A stretch of DNA of 64,000 nt from an uncultured Solirubrobacteraceae bacterium (GCA_964588985.1 CAZPQW010000002.1:160001-224000); one strand, 5' to 3'. Shown: positions 38,086 through 48,105, numbered from the stretch's first letter. Notes: generated by a model not told the origin, from the sequence alone. Translations and numbers: made by a program.

Positions 38086-38153
38086 TCTCAGACAAGTGTC
38101 TTCACGCAATTTGGGAGGCTTTCGTTTCTGGAAACTCACAGGATGAGCATGAC

Positions 38154-38390
38154 TTGCACGTGCTGGGCCTCGCGATCGGCCAGGTGCGCGAGCGGCACGG
38201 CGTGAGCGTCGAGGAGCTTTCAGCCGCCACGGGTGTCGCACCGGCGCGTATCCGGGCCCTCGAATCCGGGCAGGTCGACCCAGGCTACGACCTGCTGCTC
38301 ACGCTCGCGGACGGGATCGGCGTTCGACTGTCCGCCTTCATGGTCCGCGTCGAAGAGATCGAGGCCGAAGGGCAGGCGTCGGGCAAGTAG
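38154..38390 (+). CDS. XRE family HTH regulator (start uncertain)
   Basis: LGLAIGQVRERHGVSVEELS...LESGQVDPGY..LLTLADGIGV. GGAGG precedes an in-frame GTT at 38124; first usual start is TTG 38154. Confidence 0.8.
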   Translation: MHVLGLAIGQVRERHGVSVEELSAATGVAPARIRALESGQVDPGYDLLLTLADGIGVRLSAFMVRVEEIEAEGQASGK

Positions 38391-38417
38391 GGAGGAGAGA
38401 GTCGCCGTTGCGGAGGC

Positions 38418-40286
38418 TCAAGCGACCCGCACGCTCGCAGGCGCGGCGGTGACGCTGTCCAGCCGCCAGTTGTTGAGGAAGTCCTCCGCCGCGTGCGCTT
38501 CCAGCGGCCGCGCATACAAATACCCCTGCCCGCTGTCGCACTGCTCAGCCTGCAGCAGCGACAGCTCGTGCTCGCGCTCGATGCCCTCGGCGAGCGTCTC
38601 GATCGAGAGCGCCTTGCCGAGCTGCACGAGCGTGCGGATAAGCGTTTCGCCTTCGGGGTTGTCCGCGAGCTGGGAGATGAACGAGCGGTCGATCTTCAGC
38701 GCATCCACGGGGAATCGCTGGATGTGCGCCAGCGAGGAGTAGCCGGTGCCGAAGTCGTCGATCGCGATCCGCACCCCAAGATCCTTGACGGCTCGCAGGC
38801 GCGTGGCGGTCTCCTCGGTGTTGCGCATCAACGTCGTCTCGGTGATCTCGAGCGTCAGCGCGTGCGACGCGAGCCCGCTGTTGGTGAGCGCTTCCTCGAC
38901 GTCGGTGACGAACTGGTCGTGGTCGAGCTGGCGCCCGGACACGTTCACCGCCACGCCGATCGGGTGCCCTGCGGCCCGCCACGCGGCGCCCTGGCGCGCG
39001 GCCTCCTCGAGCACCCACTTGCCCACCGACACGATCAGGCCCGTCTCCTCGAGCAGCGGGATGAAGTCGTTCGGCTGGACGGTCCCGCGGTCGGGACGTC
39101 TCCAGCGCAGCAGCGCCTCCACGCCCGTGGGGTGCATCCCACGCAGCGAGAACGTCGGCTGGTAGACGAGGAAGAACTCCTCGCGCTCGAGCGCCCCGCG
39201 GAGGGCCATCTCCAGTTCCATGCGCGTCTGGATCAGGTCCTGCATGCCGGACTCGAACATCACGTAGCGGTCGCGCCCACCCCACTTGGCCTGGTGCATC
39301 GCGATGTCCGCGTCGCGCAGGAGATCCTCCGCGCATGCGCGTTCGCCGCTCGCGATGCCGATGCTCGCTGTGACGGTCAGCTCGCTCGCCCCGATGTTGA
39401 ACGGCGCCTTCAGAGCTTCCTGGATGCGCTCGGCGATCAGCTCGGGGCCGGCCGCGAGCGAGATCTCCTCGGCGAGCAGCACGAACTCGTCACGGCCGAG
39501 GCGCCCGAGCGCGTCGGAGTCGCGAACCACGCCATCCAGTCGCGCCGCGATCGCCTGCACCAGCTCGTCGCCGATCGCGTGCCCGAGCGTGTCCGTGATG
39601 CTCGTGAAGTTGTCGAGGTTGATGAACAGCGCGGCCACCGGGGTCTGACGACGACGGGCGCGAGCGAACATCTGCTCCGCGCGGTCGACGATCAGCGTGC
39701 GGTTCGGCAGGCCGGTCAGCTGGTCGTGCGTCGCCATGAACGCCAGCTCCTCCTGCCTGTGCTCGAGCTCCTCGTCGGTGCGCTTGCGCTCGCGCTCGAA
39801 CACCGCGCACATGCTCACCAGCGTCGCGTCGAGGGTCATCTGCGTCATCGCGATCGCCCTCGTGAGCGACTCCAGCGAGATGTCCATGCTCGCGGCGCTG
39901 TCGCGCAGCACGCCGTTGACCGAGTCGCGCCAGCGCAGGCACCGCTTCGTCAGCTCGTCCAGCGGGGCGGCGCGGTGGGCGGCGAGGTTGCCGAAGGTCC
40001 CCCACACCTCGTTCGCGGTGTCCTTGCCCGCGTCGGGCTTGCCGCCGGCCATCCAAAGCGCCACCGCGCTCGTCGCGGCGTTGCCGACCGATTCGAGGCT
40101 CGCGCGGGTTACGTCATCGACGTCCGCGCCGGCGGCCTGGGTGCGCCTCACCACATCGTCGACCACGTCGCCGGAGCGTGCCTTCAGCGCCTCGCCGAGG
40201 CGCTGCAGCTCGAGGTCGGCCTGCGCTTTGCGCGCGGCCCGCTCTCGCTCGGCCCGCTCCCCTGTGCGGCCCGGTGTAGAGGGCAT
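38418..40286 (-). CDS. GGDEF(degenerate)-EAL protein, probable c-di-GMP phosphodiesterase
   Basis: HDQLTGLPNR, RLGRDEF, VEALLRW, EITE, IDDFGTGYSSL. Confidence 0.92.
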   Translation of the reverse strand: MPSTPGRTGERAERERAARKAQADLELQRLGEALKARSGDVVDDVVRRTQAAGADVDDVTRASLESVGNAATSAVALWMAGGKPDAGKDTANEVWGTFGNLAAHRAAPLDELTKRCLRWRDSVNGVLRDSAASMDISLESLTRAIAMTQMTLDATLVSMCAVFERERKRTDEELEHRQEELAFMATHDQLTGLPNRTLIVDRAEQMFARARRRQTPVAALFINLDNFTSITDTLGHAIGDELVQAIAARLDGVVRDSDALGRLGRDEFVLLAEEISLAAGPELIAERIQEALKAPFNIGASELTVTASIGIASGERACAEDLLRDADIAMHQAKWGGRDRYVMFESGMQDLIQTRMELEMALRGALEREEFFLVYQPTFSLRGMHPTGVEALLRWRRPDRGTVQPNDFIPLLEETGLIVSVGKWVLEEAARQGAAWRAAGHPIGVAVNVSGRQLDHDQFVTDVEEALTNSGLASHALTLEITETTLMRNTEETATRLRAVKDLGVRIAIDDFGTGYSSLAHIQRFPVDALKIDRSFISQLADNPEGETLIRTLVQLGKALSIETLAEGIEREHELSLLQAEQCDSGQGYLYARPLEAHAAEDFLNNWRLDSVTAAPASVRVA

Positions 40287-40437
40287 CCGTGATCATCCCT
40301 TCCGGGCTGCGAGCTGATCCATCATCTCAAGCAACAGAGTCGACCGTCCGTGTCTCTGTCTTTAGGACGGGGCATTCGTCCTAGACGGCTGAAACCTCGC
40401 TTGCAGCCGCTGGAAACCGTGTTTACACAGTCAGCAG

Positions 40438-41598
40438 TCAGCTATTTGGGATGCGCGTGGCAGCCGACGTCGGGCTCGCTGGAAGGTAGCGCCCGCCGTC
40501 TCCGCGGCTCAGCAGCCCCATCAGCTCGAGCTCGCTCAAACCCGCGAGCGCGTCGTCGAGCCTCAGGCCCTCGCGCGCGAGGCTGTCGGGGGTGTCGCTG
40601 CCTGTGCCCACCCGCTCGAGCAGACCCTGCAGCCTCGCGTCGAGCGGTGCGCCCGCCGCCGGTCCGGACTCCGGTTTGGCCGTTCGCGCCCGCGACGGGT
40701 CGGCCTCATACAGCAGCTCGAGCACGTCCTGCGCATCGCGCACGATGCTCGCGCCGCGCGCGAGCATCGCGTTGGTGCCCCGCGACAGCGGCGAGGTGAC
40801 ACGGCCGGGGACCGCCGCTATGGTTCGCTCGAGGGCTTCCGCGAGCCCCGCCGCGGCGAGATCGCCCGCCGTCTGCTCCGCCTCGACCACGATCGCCACC
40901 GCCGCCAGCGCGACGACCGTGCGCTCGCTCGCGAGCTGCCCCCAACGCCTCCCGGCACGGTCGCACGGCAGCTCCGACACGGCGCAGCCGGCGCGGGCGA
41001 GCCGACCCAGCAGCGCGCGGCGCCTCACCGGCGTGGTCGCCTCGATGCCGTCGCTCAACACCGCCACCGTCGCGCCGCCCGCTTCCAGCGCGCCTTCGTG
41101 TGAAGCGATCGCGATGCCGTCCTGCCAGCCAGCGATCACGCTCACGCCGCTCGCGCTCAAACCACGCGCGAGCCCGCGCGCGGTCTCTCGACCGTAGTCG
41201 CTCGGCCTGCGGCTGCCGAGGATCGCCACCGCCGGCGCCGAGCACAGCTCCACCAAGCGCTCCGCGCCGCCGAGCACGTTCAGCATCCGCGGCGCTCCGG
41301 TGGCGTCGAGCAGCGCTCGCGGGTAGCGGGGGTCGTGGCGACAGAGGGCCTGCGCCCCTGCACACCGGTGCAGCGAGTGGGCACCGAACGAGGCGTATTC
41401 GCCGCGCAGCTCGGCGCGGCGTCGGCCCCCGATCGCGTCGATCAGCTCGGCGTCCTCGACTGCGAGCAGCGCCTGCAGCCGCTCGCGATCGCGCGCGCAG
41501 TACTCCAGCGGGCCGCTCAGACTGGCGAGCAGCCAGCTGCGGCGCAGGCACGGTACGCACGCGCCGTTGACGTCCGCGGCTCGCGTGGAGGGCATCAC
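40438..41598 (-). CDS. dprA: DNA processing protein DprA
   Basis: VAILGSRRPSDYG, HEGALEAGG, IVVEA, AVPGRVTSPLSRGTN, C-terminal wHTH. Confidence 0.85.
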   Translation of the reverse strand: MMPSTRAADVNGACVPCLRRSWLLASLSGPLEYCARDRERLQALLAVEDAELIDAIGGRRRAELRGEYASFGAHSLHRCAGAQALCRHDPRYPRALLDATGAPRMLNVLGGAERLVELCSAPAVAILGSRRPSDYGRETARGLARGLSASGVSVIAGWQDGIAIASHEGALEAGGATVAVLSDGIEATTPVRRRALLGRLARAGCAVSELPCDRAGRRWGQLASERTVVALAAVAIVVEAEQTAGDLAAAGLAEALERTIAAVPGRVTSPLSRGTNAMLARGASIVRDAQDVLELLYEADPSRARTAKPESGPAAGAPLDARLQGLLERVGTGSDTPDSLAREGLRLDDALAGLSELELMGLLSRGDGGRYLPASPTSAATRIPNS

Positions 41599-43130
41599 GC
41601 GAGCCGGCCGTGTCCGGGCGCCGTGCTCGTACGCAGCGCGAGGGCGGCTCCGACGTCGCGCGCTCGCACCCGCTGTGCGCCGCGCAGGTCGGCGATCGTG
41701 CGCGCGACGCGCAAAGCGCGATGCTCTCCTCGCACGCTAAGCAGCCCGCGCTCGCACGCCGCGCGCATCATCTCCTCGCCTTTCTCATCCAGGCGCGCGT
41801 GCTCGCGCAGGAGGCGCGCATCCATGTGCGCGTTAACCGACACGCCTTGCGCGCTCAGCCTGTGCGCTTGGCGCTCGCGCGCGTCGAGCACCCGATCACG
41901 CGCCTGCGCGGAGCTGATCGGCGCGGTCGCGGAGGTGCTGTGGGCGCCGGCTCGTGTGAGGTTGACGAGCAGGTCGACGCGGTCCAGCAGCGGGCCGCTC
42001 AGGCGGCGCGCGTGACGCGCCCGCTGCGCTTCGCTGCACCCGCACCGCTCCAGCTCGCCCGCGTAGCCGCACGGGCAGGGGTTCGTCGCGGCGAGCAGCA
42101 TGAATCGCGCGGGGTAGACCGCGGAGTGGCTCGCTCGCGCGATCGCCACACAGCCGTCCTCCAGCGGCTGGCGCAATGCCTCCAGCGCCGAGCGCGAGAA
42201 CTCCGACAGCTCGTCCAGGAACAGCACGCCGTTGTGGGCCAGCACGACCTCGCCCACACAGCCGCGGCGCGCGCCGCCGACGAGACCCGCGGCGGTGGTG
42301 GTGTGATGCGGCGCGCGAAACGGACGGGCGCGGGCGAGCTGCTCGACCCGCGTGCCCAGCATCAGGCTGTGGATGCGCGTCACCTCGATCGCCTCGTCGG
42401 TGCTCAGCGGCGGCAGGATCGAGCAGACCCGCTGCGCGAGCATCGTCTTGCCGGTCCCGGGCGCTCCGCTCAGGAGCGCGTTGTGGGCCCCGGCCGCCGC
42501 GATCACGAGCGCCTCCACCGCGTGAGCCTGACCGCGCACGTCTCGCAGGTCGATCGTCGTCGCGCTCGCGTCGTATACCGCCGGGAGGTCGGGGTTCGCT
42601 CGCGGCAGCGGGTCGCCCGCTCCGCCCTCGAGCACGCGCACGGCGCTGCGCAGCTTCTCCACGGCCGCCACCTCGAGCCCGTCGATCAGCTTTGCCTCGT
42701 GCGCCCGTGAGGGGGAGAGAGCCAGACCGGCGAGGCCGGCGGCGCGCGTGGCCTGCGCGACCGCGAGCGTTCCGTGCGCCGCTCGCACGCCGCCGTCGAG
42801 CGCGAGCTCGCCGAACAGGGCGACGCTCGCGAGCCGCTCGCCGTGGACCTGGCCGCTGGCGGCGAGCACCGCGCACGCGATCGCAAGGTCAAGGCCGGGG
42901 CCGGCCTTGGGAACGTCGCCCGGCGCGAGGTTCGCGGTTATCCGCCGCGCCGGGAACTCATAGCCCGAGTTGCGGATCGCCGCGTTGATGCGCTCGCGCG
43001 CCTCGCGCACCGCGGTGTCCGCGAGCCCCACGATCGTGAACGCCGGCAGGCCGGGGCGGACATCCACCTCGACCGTCACGTGACGAGTGTGGAGTCCCTC
43101 GATGGTGAAGGCGTGAGCCCGCGCGAGCAT
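41595..43130 (-). CDS. comM: ComM/YifB AAA+ ATPase
   Basis: GLPAFTIVGLAD, ITANLAP, GAPGTGKT, RPFRAPHH, GVLFLDE, ATNPCPCG, LLDRVD. Confidence 0.93.
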   Translation of the reverse strand: MLARAHAFTIEGLHTRHVTVEVDVRPGLPAFTIVGLADTAVREARERINAAIRNSGYEFPARRITANLAPGDVPKAGPGLDLAIACAVLAASGQVHGERLASVALFGELALDGGVRAAHGTLAVAQATRAAGLAGLALSPSRAHEAKLIDGLEVAAVEKLRSAVRVLEGGAGDPLPRANPDLPAVYDASATTIDLRDVRGQAHAVEALVIAAAGAHNALLSGAPGTGKTMLAQRVCSILPPLSTDEAIEVTRIHSLMLGTRVEQLARARPFRAPHHTTTAAGLVGGARRGCVGEVVLAHNGVLFLDELSEFSRSALEALRQPLEDGCVAIARASHSAVYPARFMLLAATNPCPCGYAGELERCGCSEAQRARHARRLSGPLLDRVDLLVNLTRAGAHSTSATAPISSAQARDRVLDARERQAHRLSAQGVSVNAHMDARLLREHARLDEKGEEMMRAACERGLLSVRGEHRALRVARTIADLRGAQRVRARDVGAALALRTSTAPGHGRLA

Positions 43131-43196
43131 CCCCGCAAGCTAGATCGCGCTTGAGATGAGACGCTCGGGCGGCGGTATCTCCCGCGCGCGTGTTCG

Positions 43197-44720
43197 CTAC
43201 AGCCCGTCGGGGTGACGCGCGACGAAGCCTGCGGTGGAGGTCATGCTGCTCGACCAGCGCGTGCCCGTCTCGGCCAGGGCGACCGTGTCGAAGCGTTTGC
43301 CGTCCACGACCATGAACGCGTGTTCTGAGTTCGCGTAGATCGTGATGTGGCGGCCGGGTCCCGCTTCGCCGTAGGACTCCAGTGCGCTCGAGTCCTCCGG
43401 CGAGCTGAGCAGGCCAGCGCCGTGCAGCGCGTAGGACACCGAGCCCGAGCAGTCGTAGCCGACCGACTGGAACGAGCCGTGACCGCCGCCCCACACATAC
43501 GGGCGGGTCGCGATTTCATCGCCCGCAGCGATCACACGCGAGATCACGCTCGAGCCTTCACCCGTTTCACTGCTCGACCCGGACCCGCTCGCTTCCCTCG
43601 CCGAGGCCGGGGGAGTGAGGGTTTCCTCGTTGCCGATGCCGATCAGCGCCCACGTCGCGGGGCCGACGACGCCGTCCACGGTCAGCCCGTGGCGCGCCTG
43701 CAGCCGGCGCACCGCCGCCTCCGTCGCGGGGCCGAATTCTCCGTCGGTGGGCAGGCGCAGCGCGGACTGAAGCCGCGCGACGGCGTTGCCGCCGCCTTCG
43801 CCGCCTTCCGCGCTCGCCGCGACCGCGTGCGCATGGTGGTGATGGGTGGCGACGGCGGCGACCGCGGATGCCGGGGGGGTGAGCGTTTCCTTGCCGCTCA
43901 CGCCGACCACGTTCCACGTGCCCGGTCCCACGATCCCGTCGACGGTCAGACCGTGACGGGCCTGCAGACGGCGAACCGCCGCCTCTGTTTCGGGGCCGAA
44001 GTTGCCGTCCACCGACAGGTGCAGCGCTGCCTGCAGCTGCTTGACGGCGCTTTCGCCGCCGCTGCCTTCGCCGGTGGCGCCCGAAGATGCTTCGCTTTCT
44101 GAGCTGAGGGCCGGGGCGGACAGGCTCGCCGCGAACGCCGTTCCGGTGCCGCCGCGCAGCGCGGCGCCCGTTGCGGGTCCCACGATGCCGTCGACGGTCA
44201 ATCCCCTGCTCGCCTGGAACTTTTCGACCGCAGCTTCGGTCGCCGGGCCGAACACGCCGTCGACCGCCACGTCGCCGAGGGCCTTCTGCAGGAGTTCCAC
44301 CTGGCGGCCTTCGTCGCCCGAGCTGAGCGTGATCGTGTGTTCGGTCGTGGTCGTCGGTTCGGGGCCGGTCGCCGCCGTCGCGATGGCGGCCTGGCCGCCG
44401 ATCGTCGCGGTCGGGCCGACGGTGAGCGCCGCGAGCGCGCCGAGCGAGACGCGTTTGGCGCGGGTGCTGGACGGCGAGAAGCGCAGCTCAGCGGCGCGCC
44501 TGCGCGCCCGCGAACGGCCGAGGGAGAGGTGCCACGGCTGCTCGTCGGCGAGATCACGCTCGTGGGGCAGGCTGCGCACGTCGAGCAGCAGCGCCAGCGA
44601 GGAGCTGCCCTGGGTGGAGCGCACGCGCCCACGGTTGGTCCTGACACGACGTTCGCGTGAACGTCGAAGCGATTCGTTCCAGTGATCGAGCGCTGCAAGA
44701 TCGCGTGGGGATCCCGACAT
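43197..44720 (-). CDS. Peptidoglycan hydrolase: three PG_binding_1 repeats + NlpC/P60 domain
   Basis: Three LQ..L..DG.FGP.TEAAV...Q...GLTVDG.VGP.T repeats; [20 protein letters not shown]. Confidence 0.9.
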   Translation of the reverse strand: MSGSPRDLAALDHWNESLRRSRERRVRTNRGRVRSTQGSSSLALLLDVRSLPHERDLADEQPWHLSLGRSRARRRAAELRFSPSSTRAKRVSLGALAALTVGPTATIGGQAAIATAATGPEPTTTTEHTITLSSGDEGRQVELLQKALGDVAVDGVFGPATEAAVEKFQASRGLTVDGIVGPATGAALRGGTGTAFAASLSAPALSSESEASSGATGEGSGGESAVKQLQAALHLSVDGNFGPETEAAVRRLQARHGLTVDGIVGPGTWNVVGVSGKETLTPPASAVAAVATHHHHAHAVAASAEGGEGGGNAVARLQSALRLPTDGEFGPATEAAVRRLQARHGLTVDGVVGPATWALIGIGNEETLTPPASAREASGSGSSSETGEGSSVISRVIAAGDEIATRPYVWGGGHGSFQSVGYDCSGSVSYALHGAGLLSSPEDSSALESYGEAGPGRHITIYANSEHAFMVVDGKRFDTVALAETGTRWSSSMTSTAGFVARHPDGL

Positions 44721-44752
44721 GCGTGGGCGTCCTTTCTCCAATTCAATTGCAT

Positions 44753-44896
44753 GGCGCCTACGGGGTTAGCTGTCGGGCTCGCGTAAACGTCTACGCTACG
44801 CCACACTTGTGGCGATTCGCCCCCGCAGCCTGTGGCTGCAATGGGTCCCCCGCTCCTCATGCCCCGTGGGGCTGAGGACTCGGCACGACGGGCGCC
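44753..44896 (-). ncRNA. c-di-AMP (ydaO/yuaA) riboswitch
   Basis: Minus strand reads GCCGAGTCCT...AGGAGCGGGGGACCC...GGGGCGAATC...GAGCCCGACAGCTAACCCCGTAGGCG, matching ydaO consensus blocks, upstream of a cell-wall hydrolase. Confidence 0.92.
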
Positions 44897-45001
44897 AAGC
44901 TACCAGATCTCTTTGCAAGATGCATCACATGGGGAGGTCTGCAAGCTTTCTTGCCGACGGCGGGCGGCGCGCGGGGGCCCTCGCGTTGATAAGTTCGCTC
45001 T

Positions 45002-45652
45002 GTGCAGCGCAAAGACGCAATCGACCTTCGCGTGCTCCTGCTGCTGGTCGTCCTCGTGGTGGTCGCGGGGGGCGTGGCGCTGCTGACGGTGGGCGGCTCC
45101 TCCGGCTCCACCAAGAAACCGCAGGCACAGAACGCGAAATTCGACGCGGAGGGTCTGCTCACGCCGGTGAGGGCCGCGCCGCCGCTTTCGCTGCGCAACT
45201 ACCTCGGGCAGCGCGTGGACCTCGCCTCCTACAAGGGCAAGGCGGTGTTCGTGACGTTCATCTACACGCACTGCCCCGACGTCTGCCCGCTGATCACCTC
45301 CAACCTGCGCGTCGCGCAGAACCTCATGAGTCACGTCGCGGCGTCCAAGACAGCGATGATCGCCGTGTCGGTCGACCCGCGCGGAGACACGCGCAAGGCC
45401 GTGGCGGCGTTTCTCGCTCGCCACGAGATGACCGGACGGATGCAGTACCTGGTCGGCTCGCAGAAGGAACTGGTGGCCGCGTGGAAGGCGTGGGGGGTGG
45501 GCTCCGAACGTGACGTCAAGCAGCCGGAGTTCGTCAACCACTCCGGTCTCATCTACGGGATCACCGGATCGGGCAAGCGCATGACGATCTACGCCGCGAA
45601 CTTCCAGCCGAGCGACATCGCCCACGACGCACCGCTGTTGGCCACGCGCTGA
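45002..45652 (+). CDS. SCO family copper chaperone
   Basis: N-terminal TM; FIYTHCPDVCP, VSVDP..DT, conserved His (NHS). Confidence 0.92.
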   Translation: MQRKDAIDLRVLLLLVVLVVVAGGVALLTVGGSSGSTKKPQAQNAKFDAEGLLTPVRAAPPLSLRNYLGQRVDLASYKGKAVFVTFIYTHCPDVCPLITSNLRVAQNLMSHVAASKTAMIAVSVDPRGDTRKAVAAFLARHEMTGRMQYLVGSQKELVAAWKAWGVGSERDVKQPEFVNHSGLIYGITGSGKRMTIYAANFQPSDIAHDAPLLATR

Positions 45653-45664
45653 GCGGGGGCGAGG

Positions 45665-46180
45665 ATGCGCGTCAAGCCGCGGATGTTTGCTTGGACGCTG
45701 CTGGCGGTCGCGGCGATCGTGGCGCTCGCGGTGTTCGGCCTGGCCGGCGAACACACGAGCCGCGGTGGGCGTCTCGCGCCCGCGCTTCCCCGCGAAAGCC
45801 TCGTCGGACCTTCGCAGACGCTGTCGAGCATGCTCTCCGCGGACGGCCACAGGCCCGCGCTGGTGGTGTTCTGGGCGAGCTGGTGCGGGCCGTGCGCGCA
45901 CGAGGCGCCCGCGATCGAGCGCTTTTCCCGTAGCGCGGACGGACGCGGACGGGTGGTGGGCGTGAACTGGAGCGATGCGCTCTCCGGCGCGCGGACGTTC
46001 CTCAGGCGCTACGCGTGGACGTTCCCGAACGCGCGCGACGCGGAAGGGACGGTCGGCAACGCCTACCGCATCACCGGCCTGCCCACCACGTTCGTGCTCG
46101 ACGGCAGCGGACACATACGCGCGGTGCTGCGCGGGCCGCAGACGGAAGGCTCGCTCGCAGCGGCGTTGCGCGCGGCGTAG
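45665..46180 (+). CDS. TlpA/CcmG-like thioredoxin
   Basis: FWASWCGPC..EAP, GLPTTFVLD. Confidence 0.9.
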   Translation: MRVKPRMFAWTLLAVAAIVALAVFGLAGEHTSRGGRLAPALPRESLVGPSQTLSSMLSADGHRPALVVFWASWCGPCAHEAPAIERFSRSADGRGRVVGVNWSDALSGARTFLRRYAWTFPNARDAEGTVGNAYRITGLPTTFVLDGSGHIRAVLRGPQTEGSLAAALRAA

Positions 46181-46227
46181 CGAGGGATCCATCCAGTCGG
46201 ACTGGTCCGTCCGGTGGTAGGGGAAGG

Positions 46228-46590
46228 ATGTGTGTCGTGTTCATCCCGGTGCTTGTCTTCCTGGGCGCCATGAGCGTGGGCGTGCTCGCGAGCTTCCGCT
46301 GGCTGCCGGATCTAGCGGATGGGCGGGTGGCGGGCCTCGCGTTCTTTCTCGTGTGCGGGATGCTGGGGGCGGCGCTCGGGCTAGCGGGCCTTGAGATCTA
46401 CGGGCTGGTGGAAGAGCTCAGCCGGTCGGGCGTCGACAGCTTCTCGGGCGACAAGGGCGAAATCGTGGCGGGGGCGCTCCGCGTGATCGTGTTCGAGTCG
46501 GGGTCCCTCGTGGGGCTCGCTGCTGTGGTGTACCTGCTCGCGCCCCCGGCGGACGAAGAAGAAGAGCTGAGCGTCGAGCCCGCCGCGTAG
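46228..46590 (+). CDS. Hypothetical 3-TM membrane protein
   Basis: Three hydrophobic segments; ATG after GGAAGG. Confidence 0.6.
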   Translation: MCVVFIPVLVFLGAMSVGVLASFRWLPDLADGRVAGLAFFLVCGMLGAALGLAGLEIYGLVEELSRSGVDSFSGDKGEIVAGALRVIVFESGSLVGLAAVVYLLAPPADEEEELSVEPAA

Positions 46591-46597
46591 GCGTAGC

Positions 46598-47041
46598 TCA
46601 GGAAGCCTCGACCGCCACCTTGATTCGCCCTGCGAACGCGTCGGCGTCCTTGCGCGCGGCGCTCAGAGCGAAGCGGGCGATCAGTCCTCCGAAGCCATGC
46701 CCCTCGAGGACGTTGAAGAACGTCAGCGACGTGCCCTCTCCGTCGCTTGCGAGGTCGTAGCCGCCTTCGGAGGCGACGACGAGGTTCTTGGAGATCTCAC
46801 TCCAGCGGATCCGCGTGGGTGCGTCGAGCTCGGTGATCTTGAATTCGCGCTTGCTCTTCATGCCGGCGTCCTTGACGGTGCTCGCGAACACGGTGCCCAC
46901 CGCGACCGGCTCGCCGGTCGTGTTCGCGATCTCGAGCACACGCGGGCTGAACTTCGGATCGTTCGTCCCGGCGGCAAGGAAGGTGAACACCTCCTCGATC
47001 GGACGCTCGATCTCGATCGTCGCTCCAAATCGTCCTGTCAT
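46598..47041 (-). CDS. SRPBCC/polyketide cyclase family protein
   Basis: IEIERPIEEVFTFLA...P, VGTVF, FKITE. Confidence 0.8.
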   Translation of the reverse strand: MTGRFGATIEIERPIEEVFTFLAAGTNDPKFSPRVLEIANTTGEPVAVGTVFASTVKDAGMKSKREFKITELDAPTRIRWSEISKNLVVASEGGYDLASDGEGTSLTFFNVLEGHGFGGLIARFALSAARKDADAFAGRIKVAVEAS

Positions 47042-47107
47042 CCCACTCCCTTGTCTCGTGTGACGTGGCGCGCATTATCGCCGGGATGACATTTGAGGGC
47101 TTGTCAG

Positions 47108-47785
47108 TTACGGCTTTCCTACGGCGAGGCGTTCGGTGACGTGCTTCGCCTCTTCCGCGAGGCCGTTCCTCTTCGCCGCCTCGACGATCCGCGCGGCGCG
47201 CTCTGCGCCGACGGTCTCGAAGATCGAGGAGAGGCGCTCCTCGCCCTCGGTCACGAACGCCACCCGCAGCAGGTCCTCGTCGCTGAGCGCCCCGACACAA
47301 AGACCGAGCGTGTGGTCGTCGAGGTGCGCGACGAACCGCCCCATCGCCACGTGCTCGCCGCTGGTCGCCATCACCGCGCACACCGCGACCACGGTGTCGG
47401 TGGCGATCGCGGTCACCACCGCCACCGCGCGGCGTGGGTCGAGCTCGGCGGCGAGCTGAGCGAGGAAGTCGATCGAGAAGTGGTTGGAGATCTCCACGGC
47501 GCGGCTTGGCTCGAGCAGGCCGGTGAGGCGCGCGCATATCAGCGGGCCGAGCGCGCTCTCGCCGATCGCCGCGAGCGTGCGCGCCGGCAGCAGCCGGGCG
47601 GCGTCCGCCGCGCGCTGCAGCAGCTCCTGGTCGTCGTCATAGAGCAGGTCGGTGATCGCTTCGCGGTACTCACGCAGCTCCGCCGCCGGGGCCTTCTCCA
47701 GGAAAGCGAGCGCCTGCGGATCGGAGACCCCGAGCAGGCGCGCGAGCTTCGCGGTCTCCGCGCGGCTCTCGGACTTGCGGCTCAT
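47108..47785 (-). CDS. Hypothetical all-helical repeat protein
   Basis: AETAKLARLLGV start, repeated L.P..A helices; ATGA coupling to the upstream small gene. Confidence 0.75.
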   Translation of the reverse strand: MSRKSESRAETAKLARLLGVSDPQALAFLEKAPAAELREYREAITDLLYDDDQELLQRAADAARLLPARTLAAIGESALGPLICARLTGLLEPSRAVEISNHFSIDFLAQLAAELDPRRAVAVVTAIATDTVVAVCAVMATSGEHVAMGRFVAHLDDHTLGLCVGALSDEDLLRVAFVTEGEERLSSIFETVGAERAARIVEAAKRNGLAEEAKHVTERLAVGKP

Positions 47786-47973
47786 GTGCCGAGCGCTCTG
47801 CGCACCGCGCCGCGCAGCAGTCGCGGTATGTGATCGAACGCCGCGTCGAGCGCGAGCGCGAGCGCTCGGCGCTGGCGCCGCAGCGCCTGTTCGGTGAGCG
47901 CGGTCAGCTCCGCGCCGTGTGCGGCGGAGAGCGACGGGGGAGGGGACGGGAGCTGGTCGGTTGGGCGTGGCAT
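47782..47973 (-). CDS. Small hypothetical helical protein
   Basis: Ends AAFDHIPRLLRGAVRRALG; stop overlaps the next start. Confidence 0.6.
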   Translation of the reverse strand: MPRPTDQLPSPPPSLSAAHGAELTALTEQALRRQRRALALALDAAFDHIPRLLRGAVRRALGT

Positions 47974-48105
47974 CTCGAGGGGGAGCGTTGGCTTCGCCCT
48001 GCAAGGTTGCGTTGCCGCGAGCCCCGGGGCATCGGGGGACTCTCCTCGGCTCTGTGCGCCTTACTACTGACCCCGCTCGCTCCCGGGCGGCGACGCAGTC
48101 GGCCG

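Noticed and set aside
40363-40383. TAGGACG-N7-CGTCCTA inverted repeat upstream of the first GGDEF-EAL gene
   Set aside because: Only 7 bp arms and not seen upstream of the paralogue; operator, terminator and chance cannot be distinguished.
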